Part shown: positions 50,526 to 63,725 of the stretch, piece after piece
How the letters are laid out: the number at the start of each line of letters is the position of its first letter
How positions within the stretch are numbered: the first letter of the stretch is position 1
Source of the DNA: Octopus vulgaris
Lineage: Eukaryota
Direction of reading: 5' to 3'
NCBI GenBank assembly: GCA_951406725.2
Contig: OX597837.1
Span: 42,346,001 to 42,410,000, forward strand
DNA: 64,000 bases
The notes under the pieces: generated by a model
The model's input: only the letters and a program-made list of their open reading frames with translations
The model's database searches: none
What the model was told of the DNA's origin: nothing
Translations under genes and position numbers: made by a program

Positions 50526-50619
50526 CGTGGCACCTTGAGCAAGTGTCTTCTACTATAGCCTCGGGCCGACCAAAGCCTTGTGAGTGGATTTAGTAGATGG
50601 AAACTGAAAGAAGCCCGTC

Positions 50620-50660
<41 letters not shown>

Positions 50661-50873
50661 TGTGTGTGTTTGTCCCCTAGCATTGCTTGACAACCGATGC
50701 TGGTGTGTTTATGTCCCCGTTCATTAGTGGTTCGGCAAAAAGAGACCGATAGATTAAGTACTGGGCTTACAAAAAAGAATAAGTCCTGGGGTCAAGTTGC
50801 TCGATTAAAAAAGGCGGTGCTCCAGCATGGCCGCAGTCAAATGACTGAAACAAGTAAAAGAGTAAAGAGTAAA
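50526..50873 (+). mobile_element. SINE family A lacking the tRNA head
   Basis: Starts at CGTGGCACCTTGAGCAAG, full tail. Confidence 0.9.
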
Positions 50874-51902
50874 TGATTATAGAAAAAAAAAATCTACATT
50901 TTTTTCCCTTTCTTCCAACAGTTTCACAGAATTGTTTTTGTTCATTCTAGTGAAAAAAAACTCTTTTACAAAGAAAATAGCTTTATTAAAGAATTATTGG
51001 GTCAGGAGAACAGTTTGAGCATAACCAGTTTTAATTTTTGATATTGAAATTTTTGATTACACATGAAACAGAAATGTCAGGTCGAATTTTAGATTAAAAA
51101 GCCAAATGACCTTAAAACATTTTGTTTGTTAAAAGTCTGATGTTATCCAGAAATTGTTGAAGCATCTTCTAAATTTATCCGTATTTAATCTCTCTCTGAT
51201 CACTCCCTTAGAAATATCTCTCATTTTATTCATTATTTTCCTTTTAGACTATTGTGTAAAAGCACAGGGAACAAAGATGGATATTTAGTTATCACAGGCA
51301 TCATTTGATGTTGGGAAGCGGGGAGAATCTGGAATAAGATTTTAGTCTTCTAGTGGCAAAGCAGAGCTGCAGAAAATGGCTGATTAGATTTCTAATCTAG
51401 ACAAGCTTGGAGTTGTGTTCCGACTTCAAACATCTCACAAGAACTAGTGTTTAGGGTACTAATTGCCATGATGCCTGATGTAAGAATCTTCATTCAAAGA
51501 TAAGGTCTTAAGCCGAATAACCATTCTTGATGTAAATCTATCAGTCAGAAGGATTTCCATGGCATAATGATATTCTATAACAGATTAAGCTGTGAGCTGT
51601 TACTAACAACAGTCAAACTAAGTTTATTTAGTTGGTGAGGCAAACAAAAGAAAATTTCTCCTTTACCATCACCTACCTGTCACTCACTCACATTCTCTCT
51701 CCCTCCTTTTCTCACACACATTACTCCTTCCGTCACTTACTGTTAACATACCCCCCTCTCTCTCTCTCACTACTCATCCCCTCTTGTTTATTATTACAGC
51801 CTCCTCTATCATCCTCACATCCCAGTTCCCACCCAACTCTCTCTCTCTCTCTCTCTCCCTTTTTCACACACACACAAACACATGTAACAGTGCCTGCTTT
51901 AA

Positions 51903-52118
51903 CCCTTATTTCTGTTGAGATGCTCCGTGTTTCTTTCAATTACTTTAAATATAACAAAGAATTTAGTAAAATAACTTAGTTATCATTCAGCTAGTGTCAG
52001 GAACATAAATTGTGACTAAGGTTTGGTGGAAGATTTTAATTCATAACTTATGAAAACAAGACATTTGTACTCAGAGCCAGAGCCAGAGCCAGTTTCAGCT
52101 GGGCTGGTAACGAAAGGG
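51903..52118 (+). mobile_element. MITE family D with deleted left TIR and GAGCCA triplication
   Basis: Body match; right TIR GTAACGAAAGGG-TTAA. Confidence 0.9.
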
Positions 52119-53290
52119 TTAAATCAGTTGGTTCCAAACTTTTCCAGGCTGCTGCCCCCTTGGCACCCAGGCCACATTTCTAGCCATGCCCCTCCCTCTA
52201 CCCACCACAAAGATGGACCACTTTCTGCAGCAAATTCAAAACACCTGTATTTCACAGATAAAAATTCATGTTTATTATAGTCAAGCAATATTTTTCATTG
52301 ATATTGCGCCTGCATCATTCTTCTTCTTGCATGAGTTGAATGAATATGTTATTTGAGGCATTGTTTTACAGCTGGATGCTTTGCCTGGTACTAACCCTTA
52401 TTTGTTGTTCAAATAGAGGGATTACTTACTCCATACACAGCCTCAAAGGTATGAAAGTGACCAGACAATGTGTTGGCAGTAAAAACTGACAACACTGACC
52501 ACCATTTCATACACGCAGTCACAAATGTAAACACATGCATACACACACATGCACACACATACACACATGCACACACACACACACACACACACACATGCAC
52601 ATCCACATGCAAACATGACAGTCTTGTTTTAGTTTTCATCTAGATCTGCTCACAAGGCTTTGGCGAGCCCAGGGCTGTAGTAGAAGACACCTGCCAATGG
52701 TGCTGCACAGTGGGACTGAACCTGAGATCACAAGGTTGGAGAGCAAACTTCTCAATCACACAGCCATGTCTATACCTAACATTAGGTTCTTTTATAAGAA
52801 TCTAACAAAGAATAAAAAAACTAGAAATATGAGCTCCTTTTGTGACTGAATCAGAATTTTTGATTATATTCCTCTTTTTTTCCTTCCTGCCTTCGCTTAA
52901 AGTAGCTCATCTAATAAAATTCTCTTTAACGTCCTGATAAGTGCCTCAAAAGCAATTAGGTACAATGATACTTTCACTTTCACAATCATCTCTGTATTTT
53001 GTTACAACACTAAACACTAACAGCTGAACACTATAAGTTTAATTGTCCGTGTATAAACTGTATGTAGTGTCATAACGCAAGCGCACAAAACACAAGTAAA
53101 AAAACATTAAAAAAAATAGCTCTCATCACATCTAGTTAGAGATGGTTATGATATAAATGTTTGTGTGTTTGTCATGTACTTTATTTAATTAATCCCTTTA
53201 AACAGAGCGAACTGCAAATCATTAGTTATAAAATTGAACGTTTATCACCAGTGGATTTTCCATAAAAACCTATTAGTTTTAAATATTTAA

Positions 53291-53523
53291 CCCTTTAGCA
53301 TTCAGATTATTCTGTCAAATGAAATGCTTATTTATTCACATTCGTTTCAAATTAATCATGCATTATCTTGTGGCTTTGAGATTTCAATGATGTGATTGTT
53401 TATTTTTAGAATGACATTGTAGGGTATGTGTGTGTGTGTGTGTGAGTGGCTGGATCTGGCAGGTTGGAACATTAAACAGATAAAATATTTGGGGCAGATA
53501 TGACCAGCTTAAATGCTAAGGGG
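53291..53523 (+). mobile_element. MITE family E, intact
   Basis: TTAA-CCCTTTAGCATT...AATGCTAAGGGG-TTAA. Confidence 0.93.
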
Positions 53524-53794
53524 TTAAGAAACTATACATTGTTGCTATTATGCAAAAGTGTCGTGAGTCCAAAACATTGCTTTTTTTTTTTTCAGAAAAT
53601 GAAAAAAATGGTTTCACCATTGTACTACACTTGGAGAAGTTTCGATATCTTGGCATCTGAAGCAGCCGGAGATACAATAGTTTGATCTAAAGAACCAGCT
53701 TTTGCAAGCAAAAATAGATATTGAAGAAAAACGCATTTGGACAAATTTGGACATACAACAGTTTAACATAATAGCAACAACATGTGTTGGCTTC

Positions 53795-54062
53795 TGTGCC
53801 GGACTGGCTTCCGTGCCGGTGGCACATAAAAAGCACCAATCTGATCGTGGCCGTTGCCAGCCTCGCCTGGCACCTGTGCCAGTGGCACACAAAAAGCACC
53901 CACTACACTCTCAGAGTTGTTGGCGTTAGGAAGGGCATCCAGCTGTAGAAACACTGCCAGATCAGACTGGAGCCTGGTGCAGCCTTTTGGCTTCCCAGAT
54001 CCCCGGTCGAACCGGCCAACCCATGCTAGCATGGAGAACGGACGTTAAATGATGATGATGAT
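53795..54062 (+). mobile_element. Family C retroelement
   Basis: Standard body and (GAT)n tail. Confidence 0.88.
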
Positions 54063-54699
54063 GTGTATTCTTTCTCTTGACCACTCCTTTAGTGATTGGG
54101 AGAGAGAGTGAAAATATATTTCGCTCTTAGAGATGCTCTTCAAGGCTTTTGTCACATTTTCATTGTTGCCTAATTCAATTTTGATTGGATTATTTCTTTG
54201 TTTCCTTGAAGCCTTAATTAGGAGAATATGGAAGCAAAATAGAAAGGAAAGTGTCTCTATCCTTTATTTCTAGCAAATTATACAATTTGATCTTCAAAGA
54301 TATTTTCCCCATCATCAAATGGATGATTTTAAATAACAGACAATACAAGGATTCCGTTATTGTATTTGTTTCACAAAGACGATAGAAACACATCCATTAA
54401 GGATTCTTTTGCTTTTTTTCCAAAAATAATTAAGTGTAAGAATATTCAATTCACAAGTATTTAGTTCCAATAAGATCCTACAGTGATTCCAACAATACTT
54501 TAACAATGATGTGTAACAGTCAATGTAATAAGCCTCTACGATGGCTACTCCTCTTATCTAGCGTTTCCCATTAACCGCCGCTCTCGTATCTCAAAACCTT
54601 TCTGTCATCTTTCAATCAATTAACTTTTGACACTCGCCTTTGCAGTGACTGCATCGCATTCTCTAATGTACTTGTTCAAGTCTAATAAAGGTAGGTCCA

Positions 54700-54805
54700 C
54701 TCTGAAGTGGTTATCCAAACAAAGTCATAGTCACAACAGCTCCCTCTGGAGTCCTTATTCAACCGAACGGCCAAGCACCTCGGTAACCATGTTAAACAGC
54801 ACCGA
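54700..54805 (-). pseudogene. Highly decayed RTE-clade reverse transcriptase fragment
   Basis: SVLFNMVTEVLGRSVE*GLQRELL then, after a frameshift, DYDFVWITTSE; resembles LF...G-x-PWELLYADDLVLIAES. Confidence 0.45.
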
Positions 54806-55383
54806 TCACCTGGACATCACATGATATAGAAAGCATGTAAATTTGTGTGAATCTGGGAATGCTTTATATAACATAAATGTTATACTGACATGCTACTAAT
54901 TGTTTAAGAGAGTTTACTCCATTTTCCCATCATCTTTTCAAAGCATGAACCGCTGTCAATAAAAGAACCTGTGTGCTACACATTCCAGAAGATTCTACAG
55001 ATATAGTCAAAAGCTCGAGATCCTCTGTGATAAATTCTACAGACACAGCTAAAAACTTGAGATTCTCTACGATAAACTTCCTTAACTGATGCAAGAGTCC
55101 ATAGCTAAAAGGAAACTGCTTGGTAGTCTGACTGCAATTGTGAATTTAATAAAACAATTAAGTAAAAATGACTGTCTCTAACACACATACACACGCAGAG
55201 AGAGAGAGAGAGAGAGGGAGACAAACAGACAGAGAGAGACACACAGACAGGCAGGCAGGCAGGACATGGATATGAATGTGCTTGTATGTGTGTGATCTGG
55301 TATCATTATTGTTTAACATCCATTTTTCCATGCTTGCATGGGTCAGATGGAATTTGCTGATGTAGATTTTCTACAGGTAGATT

Positions 55384-55432
<49 letters not shown>

Positions 55433-55871
55433 AAGCATTTTGCATACTTCATTGATTTTATATAGCCATGGACGCACACACACACTCACACACACACACG
55501 ACAGGCTTCAGCACAATTTCCACAAAACAAATTCTATGCACAAGGTACAAGTCAACCTGAGGCAACAACAAACAGAAAACACATCCTTGGTGCCATGTAG
55601 TGGGAGCAGAAATTCGAACCCAGAACTAGATGGTTGTTAAGGCAACATCTTTAAACATGTAGCCATGCCATGTGGTAAAATCTCAAAATATGCTAACTAC
55701 AGTGAGGACATGCGTTATAACACTGAACACAATATACATTCCTGAGAAATATGCTTAGTCGTTATAAAGATGAGCTACAATTTTGAAATATGGCCTAAAG
55801 ATAATTAGTGCTAATAACACTGATTTCCTCATTATTTTTACATTATAATCTATTTGATTTTTTCTATTCTA

Positions 55872-56046
55872 TATTATTATTATTGTTATTATTATCATTA
55901 TTATTATTATTGTTATTATTATCATTATTATTATATTTGTTATTATCATTATTATTATTATTGCTATTATCATTATTATTATTATTGTTATTATTATCAT
56001 TATTATTATATTTGTTATTATCATTATTATTATTATTGTTATTATT

Positions 56047-56077
<31 letters not shown>

Positions 56078-56288
56078 TTATTATCATTATTATATTTGTT
56101 ATTATCATTATTATTATTATTGTTATTATTATCATTATTATTGTTATTATTATTATTATTGTTGTTATCATTATTATTATTATTGTTATTATCATTATTA
56201 TTATTATTGTTGTTATTATCATTATTATCATTGTTATTATCACTGTTATTATTATTGTTATTATCATTATTATTATTATTGTTATTAT
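55872..56288. repeat. (TAT)n with TGT/CAT variants
   Basis: Direct reading. Confidence 0.97.
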
Positions 56289-56767
56289 TTTAAATATCTT
56301 AATTTTCATTCAAACTACAGAATGAAAACCTTACAATTTAAGAAAATGGCTTTTTTTTTTCCATCTCCTTCCTTTTCCTCTCCTACTCCCCCCCCCCACA
56401 CCTATATGAGGTTTTTGAAATAGTGAAAATGATTAGAGGCTATGAAGAAAGGAAAGGAAGTTAAAAATAAACTGTTGACTTAGGAAAAAAAATTATGGGC
56501 TTCGGGATTGAAGGATTGAACTAACTTCACTCTTGAGTTATCATCCAATACTAGTTTGAGAGAGAGAGAGAGACGGTAGGGGCGGGGGGGGGGGGATAAA
56601 AGGGAAGAAGAATACTAAGAATAAAAGATTAAGGGGAGAATGGTTGGATAAAGATTTTAAAAGCAATTAAGAGACTGAATGCCAGTTTGGGAGAAAAAAT
56701 GAATAAAGGGTAAAAAAAAAAAAAAACCATGCAGAGAGAAGGAATGAGAAAAAAAATTATAGAAAGT

Positions 56768-57007
56768 GGCGGCACGTGGCTTAGTGGTAAGGGTGTCAGC
56801 ATCATGATCGTATGATTGTGGTTTCGATTCCTGGATCAGGCGACGCGTTGTGTTCTTGAGCAAAACACTTTATTTCACGTTGCACCAGTCCACTCAGCTG
56901 GCAAAAATGAGTAACGCTGCAATGGACTGGCATCCCGTCCAGCTGGGGAACACATACACCATAGAAACCGGGAAACCGGGCCCATGAACCTAGCTAGGCT
57001 TTAAAAG
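56768..57007 (+). mobile_element. tRNA-derived SINE family I
   Basis: A box TGGCTTAGTGG, B box GTTTCGATTCC, CORE-like TGTTCTTGAGCAAAACACTTT, then ATGGACTGGCATCCCGTCCAG. Confidence 0.85.
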
Positions 57008-57010
57008 AAA

Positions 57011-57427
57011 ATGCAGCGAGCTGGCAGAAACGTTAACACGCCGGGCGAAATGCTTAGCGGTATTTCGTCTGCCATTACGTTCTGAGTTCAAATTCCGCCG
57101 AGGTCGACTTTGCCTTTCATCCTTTTGGTGTCGATAAATTAAGTACCAGTTATGCACTGGGGTCGATGTAATCGACTTAATCCGTTTGTCTGTTCTTGTT
57201 TGTCCCTTCTACGTTTAGCCCCTTGTGTGTAGTAAAGAAATAGGTATTTTGTCTGCCGTTACGTTCTGAGTTCAAATTCCGCCGAGGTCGACTTTGCCTT
57301 TCATCCTTTCGGGGTCAATAAATTAAGTACCAGTTATGCACTGGAGTCGATGTAATCGACTTAATCCCTTTGTCTATCCTTGTTTGTCCCCTCTATGTTT
57401 AGTCCTTTGTGGACAATAAAGAAATAA
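57011..57427 (+). mobile_element. SINE family B with tandemly duplicated body
   Basis: GGTATTT(C/T)GTCTGCC...TAAAGAAATA occurs twice (57059-57242 and 57243-57427). Confidence 0.92.
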
Positions 57428-57449
57428 GAAATTTATAGAAAGATGCACA

Positions 57450-57676
57450 TGTAGTAGCAGCGGTGGTGGTGGTGGTGGTAGTAGTAGTGGTGGTGGTAGT
57501 AGTAATAGTAGTGGTGGTGGTAGTAGTAATAGTAGTGGTGGTGGTAGTAGTAATAGTAGTGGTGGTGGTGGTGGTGGTAGTAGTGACAATGGTGGTGGTC
57601 GTTTTTGCTGTTTATGGTAGTAGTGAGAGCAATGGTTGTAGTAGTAGTAGTAGTAATGACGGTAGTGGTGGTGGTG
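57450..57676. repeat. (GGT)/(AGT) microsatellite
   Basis: Direct reading. Confidence 0.92.
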
Positions 57677-58809
57677 AAAGTAGTAAGAACATGAAGTCAT
57701 TTGAGAAAAAGGTTTAGGGAAAGAGAAACAACACAAGGAAACGAAAGGGAGTGAAACAAAAACTTAAACAAAAAAAAGCAAAAAAAAGCCTGAAATTCAA
57801 AAGGTCAAAAGTCAAAGAGAAGGGGGGAAAAACAGAGGAGCACTCGGACACATCACATACGCATGCACAAAGTGAGGTGCGAGAGAGAGCATGTGCATAT
57901 GTGCCTGTGCGAAACAGCACAGAAGGAAGCTGGGTCGAAGCGGAGGAATCACACAGCAAGAACAAACATTTTAACTTGCAGACCTAATGCAATTATCACC
58001 TTTGTCTAGATGTCAGGAAATTAAACACGGAGAACGCACGCCCTGTCGCACTTCCTACTTGCGAGTCTGAAAACATCGATCCCAATCCTACTTGATGCTG
58101 ACTTTCCAAATTCAGAAAACTCACGGAGGCATTTTATGTAGTTTGATAGTGATTTCCAGCAAACACAAGCTTCAACGATAAAAACTCACGTGTGTACCAC
58201 GGTGTCTTTATTTTCTTCTTCCTGTTTCTCTCATATGCGTGCCCACACATATATTCATTATGTAGTATACCTACTACTACTACTACTACTACTACTACTG
58301 CTACTGTTCTTTACAGTCTACAGCAGCCCCAAATTGCCAAATTTCCTCCTTGACAACTTTCATTTGAAAATAGCTGCCAGATATAAATAAATATATTTTC
58401 ATATATACAATTTGTTTTAATACACAAACTGAAAGAATTTCAAATTGTGAAAAGTTGTTTCTCATACATGTGTGCGTATGTGTGTGTGTGTGTGTGTATG
58501 TGTGTGCGCGCATGCAAGTGTGTGAGTGTGTGCGTGCGTGCGAGCGCACCACATCATCAGATGGAATGTAGAAATACAAGTGTCCTATTTCCTAGAAGCA
58601 TGTGTTTGTATATACACACACACACACACACACATATACACACTTAAACATACATATTGGATGGGTGTATACAAGAGTGGTGGACTTTAAACCTTAAACA
58701 CTTTACAGTAGTTACATCCCTTACTTTCTGATTTCAAATCCCAGCAGAGTCAACAACCTCTTTCATCCTTCACAGATCAATAAAAAAAAAATCAACAGAA
58801 TTTTACTAG

Positions 58810-58939
58810 TGTTGATTCTATTGTATTTATTCGCCTCACCGTCCCCCTACATTTGATTTGTGACCTTCAGCTAAAGTTAGAAATCAATAATTATCAGATC
58901 TATAAAAGAACAATGAGTTAGCGAAAAACAATAATGTAC
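58810..58939. repeat. Left arm of a long inverted repeat (partner 60297-60426)
   Basis: 58851-58903 is the exact reverse complement of 60333-60385 (53 bp), and 58810-58829 of 60407-60426. Confidence 0.95.
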
Positions 58940-59200
58940 AAGAACCACAGAGCAAAACAGAAACTTTGTTTTTTTGCACTTTAATCTGCAGAATCATATG
59001 GTGCAGCGTAGGGTGTTGAATGCATAAATGCATAATACCAATAAATAATACACTGGGTTGCAAATGCCTGAAGACTTTGTAATTAACAGTGGAAACTGCT
59101 CGAGGAAGAAGTTGATCAAAGAATATCTGAGAAGAAATATTAACATAAGATGTGAGAATGCAGGGCCTCATAGGGTGTCAAGACTGAAATTTATTGTCTT

Positions 59201-59645
59201 CCAACCAGCCAACCAGCCAGCCAACCAGCCAACCAGCCAGCCAACCAACCAACCAACTAACCAGCCAGCCAACCAACCAACCAACCAGCCAGACAGCCAA
59301 CCAACCAACCAACCAACCAACCAACCAACCAACCAACCAACCAACCAGCCAAGCAACCAGCCAGCCAGCCAACCAACCAACCAACCAACCAGCCAGCCAA
59401 CCAACCAACCAACCAGCCAGCCAACCAACCAACCAACCAGCCAGCCAACCAACCAACCAACCAGTCAGCCAGCCAGCCACCCAACCAACCAACCAACCAA
59501 CCAACCAGCCAACCAACCAACCAACCAACCAGCCAACCAACCAGCCAGCCAGCCAGCAAGCCAGCCAACCAACCACCCAAACAACCAACCAACCAACCAA
59601 CCAACCAGCCAGCCAGCCAGCCAACCAACCAACCAACCAACCAAC
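59201..59645. repeat. (CCAA)/(CCAG) tetranucleotide tract
   Basis: Direct reading. Confidence 0.97.
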
Positions 59646-60296
59646 TCAAGACAAAATGGAAAAATGATGATGGCAGGGGATGATAGAATGTGGTATACTG
59701 GTTGTGTAGTTAAGAGACATACTTCCTGGGACCATGGTTCGGCAAAGCTATTTCAAGGACATTGCAGCCTTGACAAGTCTACCTTTTTATCAAAGATTAC
59801 ATTACCTAATGTGTCCTTCTCCATTATTTTTATTAGGATGGTGGGGCATGGTGTAATTCGAGAAAGATTTAACTGCTGTTTCCAGCATGTCAAGTGGCCG
59901 CATAGACGGGGATGCCACAATGACTCTGTTTGGTAAAGTAAAACATAATAACTCTGCTCCTACTTTAAGCTACCAACAAGAAGAGCCAGCTGTAAAAACA
60001 TTTGTTCCAATAATACAAATGTACACATCGAAATCCCCACAAGCACCCGATATAGGATAGAAAACAGCTGCTAACAAGACCAATACATATGTATAATGTA
60101 CTAATCTGTTCTTGTGCCATTCAGAAAAATGTCAGCAAAAATATGAAAGACAATCTAGAAGAGACTCTATTTCTCTCTCTTTTTATTTTGAGATCATTAT
60201 TGAAATGGATAGTATCGTAGTGGTCAATATTTTCCTCCTCTTGATGTCAAAGTTATGGATTTCATTGAAAGAAGAGTTCAGGCCGGCAACCCAAAC

Positions 60297-60426
60297 AGTG
60301 CATCGCTCTTTTTACCGACTCATTGATCTTTCATAGATCTGATAATTATTGATTTCTAACTTTAGCTGAAGGTCACAAATCAAATATCGGGGGAAGGTGA
60401 GATGCGTAAATACAATAGAATCAACA
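60297..60426. repeat. Right arm of a long inverted repeat (partner 58810-58939)
   Basis: See left arm. Confidence 0.95.
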
Positions 60427-61407
60427 GTGGAACAGAAAATATTAGAACTGTTATCCTTATATCCTTCGTATGTCTATAGATGCAGCCAAAACACTAGCGG
60501 CATCCACACACACTCTCTATCTCTCTCTATCGCTCTCTCAATCACATCTATTCTCAGCTCTCCCTCTCACTACCAACCCCATTTACCATACACCTCATAA
60601 GTAATTCATATCTGACAATGCATCTTACAGTAACCTCTTTCCTGAAGGTATGAAACAGAAAGTGTGAGAGTCACAGGATGAGAGAGATACCGAAAAACAA
60701 TGGTTTTCAGGCAGATGAAAGACACCTAACAGTACTACCCCCACCTCTCCTTTTCCCTTCATGTAACGTGATCTTAATGCATGTCAGGTGGACTGAGTGT
60801 TTAACAAGGTGGCTCCTACATGGTTATCTGACTTAGTAAAAACAGCAGCTAAGTCTCTCACAAACCATATCCTACTATTTTGAATAAATAACATATTGGA
60901 GAAAGTAGGCCTTAAATATGTAAAAAGATAGAATAGTCATGTATAGAATGCATTTCATCACAGGTTTGATCAAGCAGGGCTAATCTGGGGCCTCGACAAA
61001 ATCTTCAGCCTTCTCTACCTCCAAATGTATACATCAAAATCCCCTCAAAATCCTGCATGTTCTACTAGGTCAAGTGAGTAAAACACTGAGAAAGTGTCTA
61101 TTTCTTGTTGGAACTTACACAGGCATCAAAAGCAATTGGTGAAGGCATGGTACATGTTACCATGTCATTCTTTCAAGTGACAACAAGAGTTTTGGCTTAT
61201 ACAAACGTAAATATATATAATACAAATGTGGCACATGGAATGGCAAAGGAACAGGAAAAACAAGTAAAAAACAAAACATCAACAACTGATACCGACAAGC
61301 TCAACCCCTCTTCAGCTGTCAACCAAATATCCTCACAATTTTGACACCTCTCTCTCTGTAGTTTATGTATATGTGTGTATGTATGTATATACATATATAT
61401 ATATATA

Positions 61408-61650
61408 ATCATTGTTTAATGTCCACCTTCTGTGCTGGCATGGACTGGATCGTTTAACAGGAGCTAGCCAAGTAGAAGACTACACCAGGTTTCTATGTGT
61501 GTTTTGACATGGTTTTTACAGCTGGATGCCCATCCTAATACCAACCACCCTGCAGAATGAAGTGAATGCTTTTTACATGGTACCTACACAAGTGAAGTCA
61601 GTTTTGGTATGGTTTTTACAGCTGGATGCCCTTCCAAATGCCAGCCACTT
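61408..61650 (-). mobile_element. Old family C copy with internal duplication
   Basis: TGGTTTTTACAGCTGGATGCCC occurs twice. Confidence 0.75.
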
Positions 61651-62741
61651 ATGAAGTATTAATAATCATGGGGTTTAGTGGTATCAATCCAGAAGCACAT
61701 CTTTGCGAAATAAACTCCTTAACCACACAAATATGCCTTACAAACATATTTTTACACATGGTCTACATGGAGTAAATGAAAAACTCTTTGTACTATTCCA
61801 CCTACATGCAGCTAATTTCATAAGAACAAGAAGCAGGAGAGAGAGAGAGAGAGAGAGAGAGAACACAAATGTAAATAAAAATCTTTATCTTAAAAGCTAT
61901 ATTGTTTCTGACTTTTTGAAGGTACAATAAGATTATTTTAGAAAAGCAAGTTAACAAAAGTTGAAAGTCATTTCAATACAAAAGGATATATGTATGATAC
62001 AATAAAAATTTTATGACTGTCTGATATTAACGCCATAAAAGAGAAAGCAACAGTTTAGTTTAATCAAAAATAGATTTGCTTCATATGAAACACACAGAAA
62101 ATTATGTTTTATCTGGAATCTATTATCTGCTACCTAGCAATCTCATATAGGTAGTATTTAGTGCTTTATGTGAGGACTGTAATGGAAATGCCAAACTTTA
62201 CCAAAAGTAACTAAAACAAAACACTAAAACAATAGAAATTTCAACTGAATTAACAACTGACTAACCGAAGGCTATGATTTTGTAGCCAAACATCATATAT
62301 TGAAGTTAGTGTCTATGGATATAAAAATGGATAAGTTCTTTTATAGGGTTTAGGGATGAGATAAGACTTGGTCTTCCTTGACAGAAATAATGTAAAAATG
62401 TATCAGAAGATATATAGAAAAAAACCTTGAACAATTAGTTATTGCTTATATTGGGTCCCATTTCAGCCCCAATAAATCAAAGCTATGAGTCACATAAGTC
62501 ATGACCAATCTATCTTTGAAGTATAGTGTCAGAAAAACGACACTCAGGAGTCATGACCCAGATGCAGCTTGATCCCCTGAGAGTGTAAGAAGGGCCGAAA
62601 AACTGGCTTGGTATGGATTTCCTCTCCGAAGACCTACTCTTCGGCTCTCTTAAGAGTTTCTTACTACTAATGTATCCAAAGACAATATTGCCCCAAATAT
62701 ATTGGTCTCCTTTTTTTTTTTTTTTCTTAGGGAGACGATAG

Positions 62742-63725
62742 CAGTGGTTCCCAAACTCTGCACCAAAAGGTGTACTGTAAATATTTAAAAATATAATTTA
62801 ATGTTTCAGCATCTTGAGAATATCCTATTTAGGATTCAGTTATGATTGAAAAAGCAAAGTAAGAAATAACTTTCTTCCCCTCCTCTCAATTTTAAATGTT
62901 AACCCTTTAACATTTAATTACTCTGTCAAAGGTAATGTTTATTGAGTCACATTTCTTTGAAATGATTATGTATTATCTTCACCTGTGCCGGTGGAATGTA
63001 AACGCACCCCAGTGTCACACGAATGGCACCTGTACTGGCAACACGTGAAAGCACCCATTACATTCTCAGAGGAGCTGGCATCAGCAAGGGCATCCAGCCA
63101 TAGAAAACCATGCAACATCAGACTTGAGTGTGGTGCAGCCTTCCAACGTGCCAGCCTCATCATCATCATTGTTTGGCCGTGGTCGAGACTTCCATAGTCT
63201 TTTCAAATGGCTAATAACGTGTGCGAGCGCCACTGCTACCCACATTGGAAAGCATTGTACAACCAAGTACTAAAGAAGATCTTTCCTCCTCCATGAAACA
63301 AAGCTGTTCCCGCTGGACGTCAGCCCAGTATTTCTAAGCTACGGACCCAGTGATTTATTGTAAGGTTATCTCCCTAGACAGATTGCCTTCACTACGGCTA
63401 AGGAGCCCTTTCTACCCCATATATATATGTCAAACTGTCCAACCCATGCCAGCATGGACAACAGACGCTAAACGATGAATGATGATTTTGATGATGATTG
63501 TTTATTTTGAAAACAATTTTGCAAAGTAGATGTGAGAGGCTACATATGGACAGCTCGAACAGAAAACAGGTAGAATGTTTGGGCCTGATATGGCGTCTGT
63601 AAACGCTAAAGGGTTAAAACAGCTTTTTGTTGAGCATGTCAACTTTTTCTCATTTAATTTCATTTAGTGATTCTTTTCATTTGATCTCCAGTGGACCATA
63701 AAGTCAAAAAGATTGAGAACCACTG
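62742..63725. mobile_element. Probable hAT-type MITE expanded by nested insertions
   Basis: Termini CAGTGGTTCCCAA / TTGAGAACCACTG; no intact TSD. Confidence 0.55.
62903..63613 (+). mobile_element. MITE family E interrupted by family C and a further insertion
   Basis: TTAA-CCCTTTAACATT...ACGCTAAAGGG-TTAA; E body breaks near 62968 and resumes near 63485. Confidence 0.8.

Noticed and set aside
51290-51312. TATCACAGGCATCATTTGATG resembling miR-2/13
   Set aside because: The possible fold leaves most of the seed in a large bulge.
53596-53790. Strong plus-strand acceptor followed by LEKFRYLGI
   Set aside because: Stops in all frames and no donor; the motif is too short to call a LINE RT remnant.
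59058-59936. 292-aa ORF with QPTN repeats
   Set aside because: It is read through a CCAA/CCAG microsatellite and old repeats; no domain or real start codon.
60189-60211. TGAGATCATTATTGAAATGG resembling bantam miRNA
   Set aside because: No complementary star arm upstream, so no credible pre-miRNA hairpin.
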